DNA from: Candidatus Poribacteria bacterium WGA-3G
GTDB lineage: Bacteria > Poribacteria > WGA-4E > WGA-3G
NCBI GenBank assembly: GCA_000406005.1
Contig: ASZN01000007.1
Span: 937-64,936, forward strand
DNA: 64,000 nt
Direction: 5' to 3'
This document shows, in pieces, positions 25,589-35,697 of the stretch. A program made the position numbers and the translations under genes. Numbering within the stretch: the first letter of the stretch is position 1; the number at the start of each line of letters is the position of its first letter. The notes beneath the pieces are model-generated. The model was not told where the DNA came from and did no database searches. It saw nothing but the letters and a program-made list of their open reading frames with translations.

Positions 25589-25969
25589 ATGAAAATTCTA
25601 TCGGAACTTAAATATGACAGGGACGGCCTGGTCGTCGCAGTCATTCAGGATCGCACAAATAACGAAATCCTGATGGTAGGCTATATGAACGACGAGGCGA
25701 TAAAAGAGACGTTGACGACCGGTCGCGTCTGCTTCTGGAGCCGTTCCCGCCAAAAACTCTGGATTAAGGGGGAGACTTCAGGGCATACACAGACGGTCGA
25801 ATCCGTCGCAGTCGATTGTGACGGCGATGCCCTACTCATAAAGGTCGATCAGAAAGTCGCAGCGTGCCATACCGGCTATCGCTCCTGCTTCTTTCGGGAA
25901 GTCTCCCCCGATGGAGAGTCTACAGATATAGTAGGCGAAAAGATTTTCGACGCGGATGACGTTTATTAG
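25589..25969 (+). CDS. hisI: phosphoribosyl-AMP cyclohydrolase
   Basis: FWSRSRQKLWIKGETSGHTQ, DCDGDALLIKV and ACHTGYRSCFF. Confidence 0.9.
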   Translation: MKILSELKYDRDGLVVAVIQDRTNNEILMVGYMNDEAIKETLTTGRVCFWSRSRQKLWIKGETSGHTQTVESVAVDCDGDALLIKVDQKVAACHTGYRSCFFREVSPDGESTDIVGEKIFDADDVY

Positions 25970-26042
25970 TCTCTACTGTTGGCTAATTTTCGTATCTTAG
26001 CATCCGCTTAGAAATCCCGATCTACATTATGAAAAGGAAATA

Positions 26043-27548
26043 ATGATGTATTATCCAACATTAGAGGATTTTAAAGAGAAAGCAAAATTAGGAAACACCG
26101 TCCCGGTGTACCGACCCATCTTGGCGGATATGGAGACACCGGTATCCGCCTTCTACAAATTGATGCCCAATAATTATGCGTTCTTGCTCGAAAGCGTTGA
26201 AGGGGGCGAAACCCTCGCACGGTACTCGTTTTTGGGTACGCAACCCTCAATGCTTTTCCATAGTAAAGGGCATCAGGTTACTATTGAGGACTTGGCAACA
26301 GGCGAAACAATCTCACAAGAGTGCGAAGATCCGCTGAGGGCTCTTGAAGAAATGTTGCAAAATTACCAACCTGTTGAGGTCGAAGATTTACCGCAATTCC
26401 ACGGCGGGGCAGTCGGTTACATGAGTTACGATATGGTGCGGTTCGTCGAAGAATTGCCAGATAGTACGGAAGATGATTTGCAGCTCCCAGATTGTTTCTT
26501 CATGATCACCGAGACGATTCTCGTGTTCGATCATGTGAACCATCAGATTAAAGTCGTCGCAAACGCACGTGTTAATGGAGATGTAGATGCCGCGTATGCC
26601 GACGCTATTGCGAACATTGAAGCGTTAGTCGAGAAACTCACAACTGTTTCGGAAGTTCAATTGACGGACAATAACGCTGACCGCCAAGCGCAGCCTGCGA
26701 ATCCCCCACCTGAACTACAGTCGAATTTTACCAAGGATGCCTATGAAGCAGTCGTACGGCGTGCCAAAACGTACATAGCCGCAGGCGACATCATACAGGT
26801 CGTGCCTTCACAGCGGCTCAGCCGCCCAGTATCCGTAGACGCATTTGATGTTTATCGAGCGTTGCGAGTCGTCAATCCGTCGCCCTATATGTATTATCTG
26901 AAGTTCGATGCGTTTGACATCGTAGGGGCATCACCGGAGATGATGGTGAGAGTAGAAGATGGGATCGTCCAGACGGTTCCAATTGCGGGCACACGCCCGC
27001 GTGGGACGACCCCCGAAGAAGATAAAGAACTGGAACGGATGCTTCTCGCGGACCCGAAAGAACGCGCCGAGCACGTCATGCTTGTGGATTTGGGGCGCAA
27101 CGACCTCGGACGCGTCTGTGAATACCATACCGTTGAAGTCACGGAACTCATGATCGTTGAACGGTTCTCGCACGTGATGCACATCGTTTCTTATGTTGTT
27201 GGACAGCTGCGCGAGGAATTTACGGCCTTTGATGTCCTCCGAGCATGTCTTCCTGCCGGCACACTCTCCGGTGCCCCGAAGGTACGCGCAATGGAAATCA
27301 TCGACGAACTTGAATCTACACGGCGCGCGACATACGGCGGAGCCGTCGGTTATTTCAGCTTCTCCGGCAGCGCAGACACCGCAATCACTATCCGAACCGC
27401 AGTTATCAAAGATGGAACCGCTTATGTCCAAGCAGGCGGTGGGATCGTCGCTGATTCAGTACCTCAAAATGAATATTACGAAACTTTGAATAAGGCGCGG
27501 GCAATGTTCACCGCTATTGAGTTGGCTGAACAAGGCTTCTTGTTATAG
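26043..27548 (+). CDS. trpE: anthranilate synthase component I
   Basis: Chorismate-binding family motifs (SPEMMVRV, GAPKVRAMEIIDELE, GGAVGYFSFSG, GGGIVADS). The gene is directly followed by the amidotransferase subunit. Confidence 0.85.
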   Translation: MMYYPTLEDFKEKAKLGNTVPVYRPILADMETPVSAFYKLMPNNYAFLLESVEGGETLARYSFLGTQPSMLFHSKGHQVTIEDLATGETISQECEDPLRALEEMLQNYQPVEVEDLPQFHGGAVGYMSYDMVRFVEELPDSTEDDLQLPDCFFMITETILVFDHVNHQIKVVANARVNGDVDAAYADAIANIEALVEKLTTVSEVQLTDNNADRQAQPANPPPELQSNFTKDAYEAVVRRAKTYIAAGDIIQVVPSQRLSRPVSVDAFDVYRALRVVNPSPYMYYLKFDAFDIVGASPEMMVRVEDGIVQTVPIAGTRPRGTTPEEDKELERMLLADPKERAEHVMLVDLGRNDLGRVCEYHTVEVTELMIVERFSHVMHIVSYVVGQLREEFTAFDVLRACLPAGTLSGAPKVRAMEIIDELESTRRATYGGAVGYFSFSGSADTAITIRTAVIKDGTAYVQAGGGIVADSVPQNEYYETLNKARAMFTAIELAEQGFLL

Positions 27549-27571
27549 AACTGCAACTTTAGGAGGAAAAA

Positions 27572-28135
27572 ATGGTCTTAATGATTGACAACTACGACTC
27601 TTTTACCTATAACCTCGTGCAGTACTTAGGCGAACTCGGTGCTGAACTCGAGGTACACCGGAGCCGGAAAATAGGATTAGACGCATTAGACGCACTGCAA
27701 CCGGAACGGATTGTCATCTCACCGGGTCCCTGCACGCCGAAAGAGGCAGGCATATCCAACGAGGTCATACAACACTTCGCTGGAAAAGTGCCGATTTTAG
27801 GGGTCTGTCTTGGGCATCAGTGTATCGGTGATGTGTTCGGTGGCGATGTCGTTCGTGCGGATCGGCTCATGCACGGTAAAACCTCTATGATACACCATAA
27901 CGGTGCTGAACTTTTTGAGGGGTTAGACAACCCGTTTGAAGCGACGCGTTACCATTCGCTTATCGTAAAAAAAGAGACGCTCCCAGACTGCTTTGAGATT
28001 ACCGCGTGGACAGATCAAGACGAGATCATGGGACTTCGGCATAAGACTTTGCCTATCTGGGGTGTCCAATTTCACCCAGAGTCAATTTTGACAACCGCCG
28101 GGAAAGACTTATTGGCAAACTTCTTGGCACTCTAA
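27572..28135 (+). CDS. trpG: anthranilate synthase component II (glutamine amidotransferase)
   Basis: [15 protein letters not shown], catalytic GVCLGHQ, and FHPES. Confidence 0.85.
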   Translation: MVLMIDNYDSFTYNLVQYLGELGAELEVHRSRKIGLDALDALQPERIVISPGPCTPKEAGISNEVIQHFAGKVPILGVCLGHQCIGDVFGGDVVRADRLMHGKTSMIHHNGAELFEGLDNPFEATRYHSLIVKKETLPDCFEITAWTDQDEIMGLRHKTLPIWGVQFHPESILTTAGKDLLANFLAL

Positions 28136-28153
28136 ATTATCAGAAGGTGTAAA

Positions 28154-28258
28154 ATGACAAAACAGACAGACGACACTGTACCTACGCCGGTCTTGGTCTC
28201 TTGGTCCTCTGGCAAAGATTCGGCGTGGGCACTCCATACACTACTACAGTTTGGATAA
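28154..28258 (+). pseudogene. N-terminal 34-codon fragment of a PP-loop (Dph6/MJ0570-like) ATP pyrophosphatase
   Basis: VLVSWSSGKDSAWAL is the SGGKDS-type PP-loop. The reading frame ends where the tandem array starts. Confidence 0.5.
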
Positions 28259-28400
28259 TCTACCGTAGAATAGGCTGTTAGCCTGTTCAATCTACCGTAG
28301 AATAGGAAACCGTTAGTCTCCTGTTCAATCTACCGTAGAATAGGAAACCGTTAGTCTCCTGTTCAATCTACCGTAGAATAGGCTGTTAGCCTGTTCAATC
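28257..28400. repeat. tandem array A-B-B-A of 32/38-nt units (AATCTACCGTAGAATAGG + hairpin + TGTTC)
   Basis: Units lie at 28257, 28289, 28327 and 28365. The A type has the AGGCTGTTAGCCT hairpin and the B type has AGGAAACCGTTAGTCTCCT. Confidence 0.85.
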
Positions 28401-28661
28401 TTCTAAGGAACCTGAAAATGAGAAAGTCCCCTATGCCAATCTATGTCGTTCTTTTCTTGGTAGGTGCGACCGCGCTTTGGTATTTTGGGCACCACCGTCC
28501 CGCAACTTAAGGACAAGATGCGCGAAATGGATGACATTTTAGAAAAGGCACGATCAGATTAAACTATAACTCATCAAAATACCCTCTTCCTATTTGTGCA
28601 GAATTATGCACCCATTTCACCGTTTCGTAGTGTCACTATAGGGTGAAATCGGAGGTGATCT

Positions 28662-31562
28662 ATGAAAAACAGTGATGCACAATTAATTCACCGTGTTCTC
28701 GACGGCGATGAGAACGCCTTCTCGGAACTTGTGAAAAAATATCAAAAACAGGTCCACGCGCTCGCGTGGCGAAAAATCGGAGATTTTCACATCGCCGAAG
28801 AGATTACACAGGATACATTCTTGAAAGCCTATCAGAAACTCCGAACGCTGAAGAAACCGCAGCGTTTTGCCAGTTGGCTTTATGTGATCGCCGCAAACCG
28901 CTGCAACACATGGTTGGAGAAAAAACAGTTGCGGGCACAGTTGTTGAAAAACAAGGGTGGCGTACGACCTGAAAAACCGTCGTACTCCGAATATGTCGTT
29001 GAAGAAAACGAGCGTATATCTGTAGAAGCACAACGCGAGGTCGTCAAAAAACTGCTTGCGAAACTTGAGGAGAGCGAACGCACCGTGATGACACTACACT
29101 ACTTCGCAGAGATGTCGTGTACGGAGATCGGCGCGTTCTTAGGTGTATCGGCAAATACGATTAAAAGTCGCCTCCGCCGCGCACAGCAGCGTTTAAAGAA
29201 AGAGGAACCGATGATTCGAGAGGCGTTAGACAACTTCCAAATCTCACCGAACCTCACGGAGAACGTCATGCGTGAGATTTCGCGTATTAAACCTGCTGCA
29301 CCCTCCGGCGGTAAACCATTTGTGCCGTGGGCAGCAGCAGCTGCTTCCACACTAACAGTTATATTGCTCATGTTCGGTTTTGGAAATCACCAATACCTGA
29401 CGCGTTTCCAGCAACCCTACAGTTTCGATGCCACCACAGAAATGACAGTTGAGATCGTTGACGCGCCTATAGTCGCGAACCTTGAATCCAAACCGGATGC
29501 ACGAAAGCAGATAGGAAGTGTCAACGCGCTTGATAAGCTGAATCACCCACAACAACAACCGAATGATGCGCCTGCAGTAATCGCAGAGGCACAAGGAGAC
29601 AAAATCGTGACAGATTATACACAATGGGAATTGCCTGAAAAGGCGAAAGCGCGTTTGGGAAAAGGTTGGATTAATGCGATTCAGTTTTCACCCGATGGCA
29701 CACAACTCGCTGTTGGTAGCAGCATAGGTGTGTGGGTGTACGATGTAAGCACTGGTAAAGAGATATCGCTATTCCCGGGAATATGCAGATCCTTGGCATT
29801 TTCACCTGACGGTCATTTCCTTGTCAATGGTGGAGGTGACGCCACTACATTGTGGGAGGTGGCTACAGGTCAAAAAGTCACGCTACACGATTCGCTGCCT
29901 GCTGCATCTGTGTTGTGGTTCTCTAAAGACAATAAGACACTTGTCAGTCTGAATAAATCAGCGGACACTATTCGTTGGATTGATACAGATACCGGAAAAA
30001 CGGATGTTAAGAAGATTGAAAATCGACTGGATTCACATCCCCGTGCAGTCTACGCGCTCACACACGACAAAGTGGCGATAGCAGAAAATAGTGGAATACT
30101 TGAGTTGTGGAACGCAAAGTCTGGTAAAAAGGTGTCTACACTCACAGGACCAGCAGAAAAACTTCAAGCAGAGGGTGTTCAAGGAATAGAATTTAACCGT
30201 GTTATATCCTTGGCATTTTCACCGGATGGCACGCGCCTCGCCAGTGGAAAAAAAGATAGAACCGTCCGTTTATGGGATACGACAGGCAACAATGAACCTA
30301 TCCTCCTCCAAAAACAATCGCTAAGTCCAGATCTGTTGCGATCCACTCAGGAACTCGTTGATGGGCCAAATGTCCTATTATTCTCTCCAGATGGAAAAAC
30401 CCTTGCATGTGGAGAAGGTCAGGATGTGAAATTATGGGATACTGACACAAGTGAATTGATCACAACCTTTAGAGGGCATATCGGTATTGTTCACTATTTA
30501 GCCTTTTCACCAGATGGCTCCATACTCACGAGTGCAAGTGGAGATGGCACTGTCCTGTATTGGAATATCAATACAGAAGATCAGTTACCGCCAAACATTA
30601 CAGAACATACCGATGTCGTGAGAGCAATGAATTTCATAAATGATAGTTCTACGCTTGTAAGTGTTGCTGATAGCGGAATAATCACTTTATACGATTTGGA
30701 GACATCACAAAGAACCACACACCGAACTAAAACCGATTTTGAGAATACGAGGTACTGGTTAGAAGCCATCCCATTAGCGTTTTCACCCGATGGAACAAAA
30801 CTTGCCAGCAAGGGTATACTAAACACCCCGACTGAACCTCTGGGAACGACTTCACGGATACGCTTGATTGATGTCTCCACCGGACGTGAGTTGACCAGCT
30901 TGACGTATTCTAACGAAGATGTTGCGCCAAATCTAACTTTTTCTCCAGATGGCAAAACGGTAGTGTTCAGTGCCCACAGTCATACCTACGGTAAAATTCG
31001 CTTATGGAATACAGAAACAGATAAAACACTTGATATCCGTTTCTCAGATCAACCTGCATGGATCAATGCTGCTGTCTTCTCTCCAGACGGTAATAAACTT
31101 GTAGCAGGAACCAGTGACGGAAAAGTTCAGATGTGGAATGCTAAAACTGGGGTTCACTTAACATCCTTCTTTGATAAGCAGCCACCGAAATCTGGACCCC
31201 TTAAGAATTTGACATTCTCTTCAGATGGTTCTTTACTTGCTGCTGTGTATCAGAGACAGATTCATCTGTTGGGGAGTCCGAAAACACCTCATTTTAAGGA
31301 AATTTCCGCTGAACCTGATCTGTTTTGGGATGGATCGGTGTTTTCACCAGATAATACCTTGCTGATTCTCAGTCTTATGGGTGGTGGAATTCAATTACGA
31401 GATGTAACCACCGGTAAGGTTCTCAATACACTTGATGGACACACCGGCGCACCGAATGTGCTCTCATTTTCACCCGATGGTAAAACACTTGTTAGTGCAG
31501 GGGATGATGGCACAATCCTTCTGTGGGATTGGGAGGAAGTCCTCAACGGTGTGGAGCTGTAA
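28662..31562 (+). CDS. ECF-type sigma-70 factor fused through one TM helix to WD40 beta-propeller repeats
   Basis: Region 2 is DTFLKAYQKL...WLYVIAANRC. Region 4 is TLHYFAEMSCTEIGAFLGVSANTIKSRLRRAQQRL. The TM helix is AAAASTLTVILLMFGFG. More than 12 FSPDG..L.S WD40-like blades follow. Confidence 0.75.
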   Translation: MKNSDAQLIHRVLDGDENAFSELVKKYQKQVHALAWRKIGDFHIAEEITQDTFLKAYQKLRTLKKPQRFASWLYVIAANRCNTWLEKKQLRAQLLKNKGGVRPEKPSYSEYVVEENERISVEAQREVVKKLLAKLEESERTVMTLHYFAEMSCTEIGAFLGVSANTIKSRLRRAQQRLKKEEPMIREALDNFQISPNLTENVMREISRIKPAAPSGGKPFVPWAAAAASTLTVILLMFGFGNHQYLTRFQQPYSFDATTEMTVEIVDAPIVANLESKPDARKQIGSVNALDKLNHPQQQPNDAPAVIAEAQGDKIVTDYTQWELPEKAKARLGKGWINAIQFSPDGTQLAVGSSIGVWVYDVSTGKEISLFPGICRSLAFSPDGHFLVNGGGDATTLWEVATGQKVTLHDSLPAASVLWFSKDNKTLVSLNKSADTIRWIDTDTGKTDVKKIENRLDSHPRAVYALTHDKVAIAENSGILELWNAKSGKKVSTLTGPAEKLQAEGVQGIEFNRVISLAFSPDGTRLASGKKDRTVRLWDTTGNNEPILLQKQSLSPDLLRSTQELVDGPNVLLFSPDGKTLACGEGQDVKLWDTDTSELITTFRGHIGIVHYLAFSPDGSILTSASGDGTVLYWNINTEDQLPPNITEHTDVVRAMNFINDSSTLVSVADSGIITLYDLETSQRTTHRTKTDFENTRYWLEAIPLAFSPDGTKLASKGILNTPTEPLGTTSRIRLIDVSTGRELTSLTYSNEDVAPNLTFSPDGKTVVFSAHSHTYGKIRLWNTETDKTLDIRFSDQPAWINAAVFSPDGNKLVAGTSDGKVQMWNAKTGVHLTSFFDKQPPKSGPLKNLTFSSDGSLLAAVYQRQIHLLGSPKTPHFKEISAEPDLFWDGSVFSPDNTLLILSLMGGGIQLRDVTTGKVLNTLDGHTGAPNVLSFSPDGKTLVSAGDDGTILLWDWEEVLNGVEL

Positions 31563-31580
31563 AAAATAAGCAGAGACATG

Positions 31581-32411
31581 TTAACGTTCTGATTTTAGCC
31601 ATTTCTGCACGCGTGCAAGTTTGTCAGAGGCAATGTGTGCGACATTTTCATCTCTTGGAAATTCTCCGTTTTCGACATCGTTTATATATTGCAAGATTGC
31701 CTCAAAGGTGAGGTGGTCGTAATCCTGATAACGTCTGGCATGTTTGAAGGGACGAGCCATCCCTAAAACATCGTTGATAACAAGCACCTGTCCATCGCAA
31801 TACCGTCCGGCACCGATGCCGATGGTTGGAATATCAACGGTCTCCGTAATGATTTGGCTAATCTCTTCAGTGATTTTCTCAAGGACAATGAGTTTCGCGC
31901 CAGCGTCTGCAAGTGCTGCAGCTGCTTCGATGAGCCGTTTCGCTTTGGTAAAGGTCTTCCCGTGTGTTGCTGCTTTGCTACCGTGGATTTGTGGGTTGTG
32001 ACCGATGTGCACACAAGTCTCTATACCTTGTTCAGCCAACGCCTTGACAATGGGAACCTTCTCTATACCGCCTTCCAATTTAACACCATCTGCGCCATCT
32101 GATAAGAAAAGTTTGGCGTTGGTAACGGCTTGTTCGACATCGCGATCGGCAGCATAAGGCATATCAACGAGGAGATAGGCATCCGTCACACCGCGGCGTA
32201 CGGCTCTGAGGTGATGAAGCATATCCGCCATCGTCACCTCCGTCTCACTTTTATAACCGAGGATGTTCGTACCCACGCTATCCCCGACAAAAACGATGTC
32301 AATTCCCGCCTCGTCTTGTAGACAAGCAGTAGGATAATCGTAACAGGTCAGCACAGTGATCGGTTGCTGCTGCTGTTTTTTGTCATAAAGGTAAGCGATG
32401 TCTTTCTTCAC
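31581..32411 (-). CDS. panB: 3-methyl-2-oxobutanoate hydroxymethyltransferase
   Basis: ITVLTCYDYPTA, FVGDSVG and GADGVKLEGG. Confidence 0.9.
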   Translation of the reverse strand: MKKDIAYLYDKKQQQQPITVLTCYDYPTACLQDEAGIDIVFVGDSVGTNILGYKSETEVTMADMLHHLRAVRRGVTDAYLLVDMPYAADRDVEQAVTNAKLFLSDGADGVKLEGGIEKVPIVKALAEQGIETCVHIGHNPQIHGSKAATHGKTFTKAKRLIEAAAALADAGAKLIVLEKITEEISQIITETVDIPTIGIGAGRYCDGQVLVINDVLGMARPFKHARRYQDYDHLTFEAILQYINDVENGEFPRDENVAHIASDKLARVQKWLKSER

Positions 32412-32472
32412 AAATGCTCTCCAAACAACTATGCAATTCAGCAGCGCGCTTCAATCGCCACAATGAACGGCT

Positions 32473-33087
32473 CTACAAAACAGATGCTTCACCTGCCGCT
32501 TTGAAAACAGCGTTAATTGCACCAAAGAGGCTCGGCAGATTATCGACGCTAAAACTCGTTCTGTTTCGGGTGAAGGCATCGCCAACAAGGCACCCAAATT
32601 GCCACCATGTTCCGTCGCTGACAATACCATATACAGGTACATCCGGATCGGCATTGATTTTTTGCGCTGCCACCATCTCCGCCAGGCATTCTCCCCAGCC
32701 TTGTTCAAAATCATTTTTCTTCGCTTCAACGAACATTATCAACGGTATACCGACGACGAGCATCCCCAATTCCGAGCGTGTTGAGATAAAGTAGTCCGGC
32801 GTGCCGCTGAGTGTTTCATCGTAGGTGATCGGTTTCTTTATCCAGAGGGCGTAATCTTCAGCATATTCTTTGTAAACTTCCCGCAGCACAGGAAAAATGA
32901 CCGCTTCACATCGGGCACTTTCTGAAGCGAAAACATCGATGTATTGCCGGCTAAATGCTAATTCCTGCAAAAACTGTTCTGAGGGGCTGATTTCGGTTTC
33001 AGAAACTGTGATAAAGTCGGTGTCGGTGTGTTTGATTCTAAATCTTTCCTGAACTTCGGGGATCGCTTTGAAATCGCTGAATGCCAT
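32473..33087 (-). CDS. PD-(D/E)xK nuclease-like hypothetical protein
   Basis: GTPDYFI...PLIMFVEAKKNDFEQG carries the D..E.K signature. The start overlaps the sucD stop by 1 nt. Confidence 0.45.
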   Translation of the reverse strand: MAFSDFKAIPEVQERFRIKHTDTDFITVSETEISPSEQFLQELAFSRQYIDVFASESARCEAVIFPVLREVYKEYAEDYALWIKKPITYDETLSGTPDYFISTRSELGMLVVGIPLIMFVEAKKNDFEQGWGECLAEMVAAQKINADPDVPVYGIVSDGTWWQFGCLVGDAFTRNRTSFSVDNLPSLFGAINAVFKAAGEASVL

Positions 33088-33980
33088 TATGCTTTCCGTC
33101 CAATATGTTCGGTTAAAGTAGCTGCCACAGTTTCACCAATAGTAGCAAGACTATCCGCAACGGTAATCCCGGCATCCTTAAGTGCCTGAATTTTGTCCGC
33201 AGCTGTGCCTTGTCCACCGGAGATGATTGCCCCCGCGTGTCCCATCCGTTTCCCCGGTGGCGCGGTCTGTCCAGCGATAAAGCCGACCACTGGCTTCGTC
33301 ATCTTGTCCTTCACGAACGCCGCTGCCTGCTCTTCCGCCGTCCCACCAATTTCACCGATTAAAACGACGGCGTGCGTGTCGTCATCCGCCTCAAAGAGCT
33401 CAAGGACATCGACGAAGTTTGTCCCGATCACCGGATCACCTCCGATGCCGACACAAGTGGATTGCCCGATGCCGAGCCGTTTGAGTTGATAGGCAGCTTC
33501 GTAGGTTAACGTTCCGCTCCGAGAGACGATGCCGACGTTACCTGGCGTATAGGCAAACTCCGGCATCACACCGATCTTGCATTCGCCCGGTGTAATCACG
33601 CCAGGACAGTTTGGACCGATCAACCGCGTCGGTTTCCCTTTTAGGAACGCCTTCGCTTTCACCATATCAAGAACAGGAATGTGTTCAGAGATACAGACAA
33701 CCAGTTCAACGCCTGCTTCTGCTGCCTCCATGACCGAATCGGCTGCATTAAAACGCGCAGGAACGAAAATCAGCGAGGTATCCGCACCTGTCGCCGCAAC
33801 GCCTTCCGCTACGGTGTCAAACACCGGAATACCGTTCACATCCGTCCCGCCTCTACCCGGAACAGCACCCGCAACGATTTGTGTACCGTAAGCCGCGCAC
33901 TGCTCCGTATGAAAACGTCCTGAACGACCCGTAATACCTTGAACGATCACTTTTGTATTTTTGTTAACAAGTATACTCAT
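33087..33980 (-). CDS. sucD: succinyl-CoA ligase subunit alpha
   Basis: [24 protein letters not shown], and the phosphohistidine loop MGHAGAI. Confidence 0.9.
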   Translation of the reverse strand: MSILVNKNTKVIVQGITGRSGRFHTEQCAAYGTQIVAGAVPGRGGTDVNGIPVFDTVAEGVAATGADTSLIFVPARFNAADSVMEAAEAGVELVVCISEHIPVLDMVKAKAFLKGKPTRLIGPNCPGVITPGECKIGVMPEFAYTPGNVGIVSRSGTLTYEAAYQLKRLGIGQSTCVGIGGDPVIGTNFVDVLELFEADDDTHAVVLIGEIGGTAEEQAAAFVKDKMTKPVVGFIAGQTAPPGKRMGHAGAIISGGQGTAADKIQALKDAGITVADSLATIGETVAATLTEHIGRKA

Positions 33981-34071
33981 ATTTTTATTATCGCTATCGG
34001 CTGTCAGCCATCGGCTATCAGCAAAGAAGATCCTGATTAAGTCAAATGTCTCTGTTACTGACCACTATCTT

Positions 34072-35508
34072 TTAATACGCCCGAGCAAAGACTGCAATCT
34101 CTTCGGCAGGTTTCCCGCAGACGATACATTCACCATCCCCATCGGGTTGTTCCATCGGGATACATCGGATCGTTGCTTGTGTCTCTTCGCTGACCTTACC
34201 TTCACATGCTGCCTCGCCGCACCAGCGTGCGCGCGCGAAGCCGTCCTCGATGACTTCTTTGAAGGCATCGTAGGTATCCGGTTCAAAGGTATTCGCATCA
34301 CGGAATGCTGTTGCCCGTTTTAACATATCCGCTTGAATCGTCTCAAGCATCTGCGTCACCGTCTCCGCAACGTTATCCATCGGAACAAACGTTTTACCTT
34401 CCTTACCCGGTATATCGCGTCGTGCAAGAACGACCTGCTGGTTACTCAGATCACGGGGACCGATCTCAATGCGCAATGGAACGCCTTTGAGTTCCCATTC
34501 GTTAAACCGCCATCCGGGCGAATAGTCGAACCTATCGTCAACGTGGTAGCGGACACCGCTTAAGGTCTCACAGATACCGTCAACGGCTTGCATGACCGCC
34601 TGTTTATCAGCGTCCCTGTTTTTCGGGACAATTGGCACAATAACGAGCTGCGTCGGTGCAAGTCTCGGCGGTAGTACCAACCCTTGGTCGTCGCCGTGGG
34701 TCATGATAATCGCGCCGATCATTCGGGTGCTGACTCCCCAACTCGTTGTCCAGCAGTGCTGCTGTTTCTGATTTGCATCGAGATACTGAATCTCAAAGGC
34801 TTTGGCGAAATTCTGTCCGAGGTCGTGTGATGTGCCGGCTTGGAGCGCACGCTTATCACCCATCATCGCCTCAATCGTGTAGGAGGTCAAGGCACCGGGA
34901 AACTTTTCGCTTTCACTCTTACGTCCGGGGATAACAGGCATCGCCGCTTCATTGACAGCAAAATCGGTGTAGATATCAAGAATACGGAGCGTCTCCTCTT
35001 CCGCTTCCTCATGTGTGGCGTGTGCCGTATGCCCTTCCTGCCAGAAGAATTCCATCGTTCTGATGAAAAGACGCGTGCGCAGCTCCCAGCGCACAACGTT
35101 TGCCCACTGATTGATTAGCACAGGTAGGTCGCGGTAAGACTGGATCCACTGGCTATACATGTACCCGATAATCGTTTCAGAGGTCGGACGCACCACGAGC
35201 GGCTCTTCGAGTTTTTTACCGCCACCGTGTGTGACAACAGCGAGCTCCGGTTTGAAGCCTTCAACGTGTTCCGCTTCCTTCTCGATGAAACTCATCGGGA
35301 TGAAAAGTGGAAACGCCGCGTTTTCGTGTCCTGTCGCCTTGAAACGGATATCCAGTTGCGCCTTGACATTTTCCCAGAGCGCGTAGCCGTACGGACGCAC
35401 AACCATGCAACCGCGCACGGGCGCGTAATCTGCCATCTCTGCTTGACGGATGACTTGTGTATACCATTTTGCGTAGTCTTCACTACGAGGAACTATTTTA
35501 TCAAACAT
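34072..35508 (-). CDS. proS: proline--tRNA ligase (archaeal/eukaryote-like type)
   Basis: Class II motifs (FRPE-like ELRTRLFIRTMEFFWQEGH, GTSHDLGQNF) and a C-terminal zinc-binding tail (CIPMEQPDGDGECIVCGKP). Confidence 0.85.
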   Translation of the reverse strand: MFDKIVPRSEDYAKWYTQVIRQAEMADYAPVRGCMVVRPYGYALWENVKAQLDIRFKATGHENAAFPLFIPMSFIEKEAEHVEGFKPELAVVTHGGGKKLEEPLVVRPTSETIIGYMYSQWIQSYRDLPVLINQWANVVRWELRTRLFIRTMEFFWQEGHTAHATHEEAEEETLRILDIYTDFAVNEAAMPVIPGRKSESEKFPGALTSYTIEAMMGDKRALQAGTSHDLGQNFAKAFEIQYLDANQKQQHCWTTSWGVSTRMIGAIIMTHGDDQGLVLPPRLAPTQLVIVPIVPKNRDADKQAVMQAVDGICETLSGVRYHVDDRFDYSPGWRFNEWELKGVPLRIEIGPRDLSNQQVVLARRDIPGKEGKTFVPMDNVAETVTQMLETIQADMLKRATAFRDANTFEPDTYDAFKEVIEDGFARARWCGEAACEGKVSEETQATIRCIPMEQPDGDGECIVCGKPAEEIAVFARAY

Positions 35509-35697
35509 GTTTTTAATTATGGGCCCCTGTGCATTGCGCCACTACGTTTCGCAATGGTTTTCGGTTAATTTTAATACAACTTACGCAAACCCTTTGCAGG
35601 ATTTTTGCAATGTAATACAAGGAATGGATTTAGTCTATTCCCAGACTAAATCCGGTGTTTCTTCAGGGTTTGGAACCCCGCCTATCACTTAGAACAC

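Noticed and set aside
26894-27489. ORFs antisense to or out of frame within trpE
   Set aside because: They lie fully inside a confidently identified gene and have no independent signals.
25589-28135. hisI-trpE-trpG as an unusual fused pathway operon worth reporting
   Set aside because: All three are ordinary, intact biosynthetic genes. Mixed amino-acid biosynthesis clusters are common, and nothing in the sequence suggests a new function.
28257-28400. Possible miniature CRISPR array (regular short repeats with intervening sequence)
   Set aside because: The apparent spacers are only 10-16 nt. They are themselves repeated in an A-B-B-A order and form hairpins with the repeat. No cas genes or leader are present. 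It is better described as a tandem hairpin repeat.
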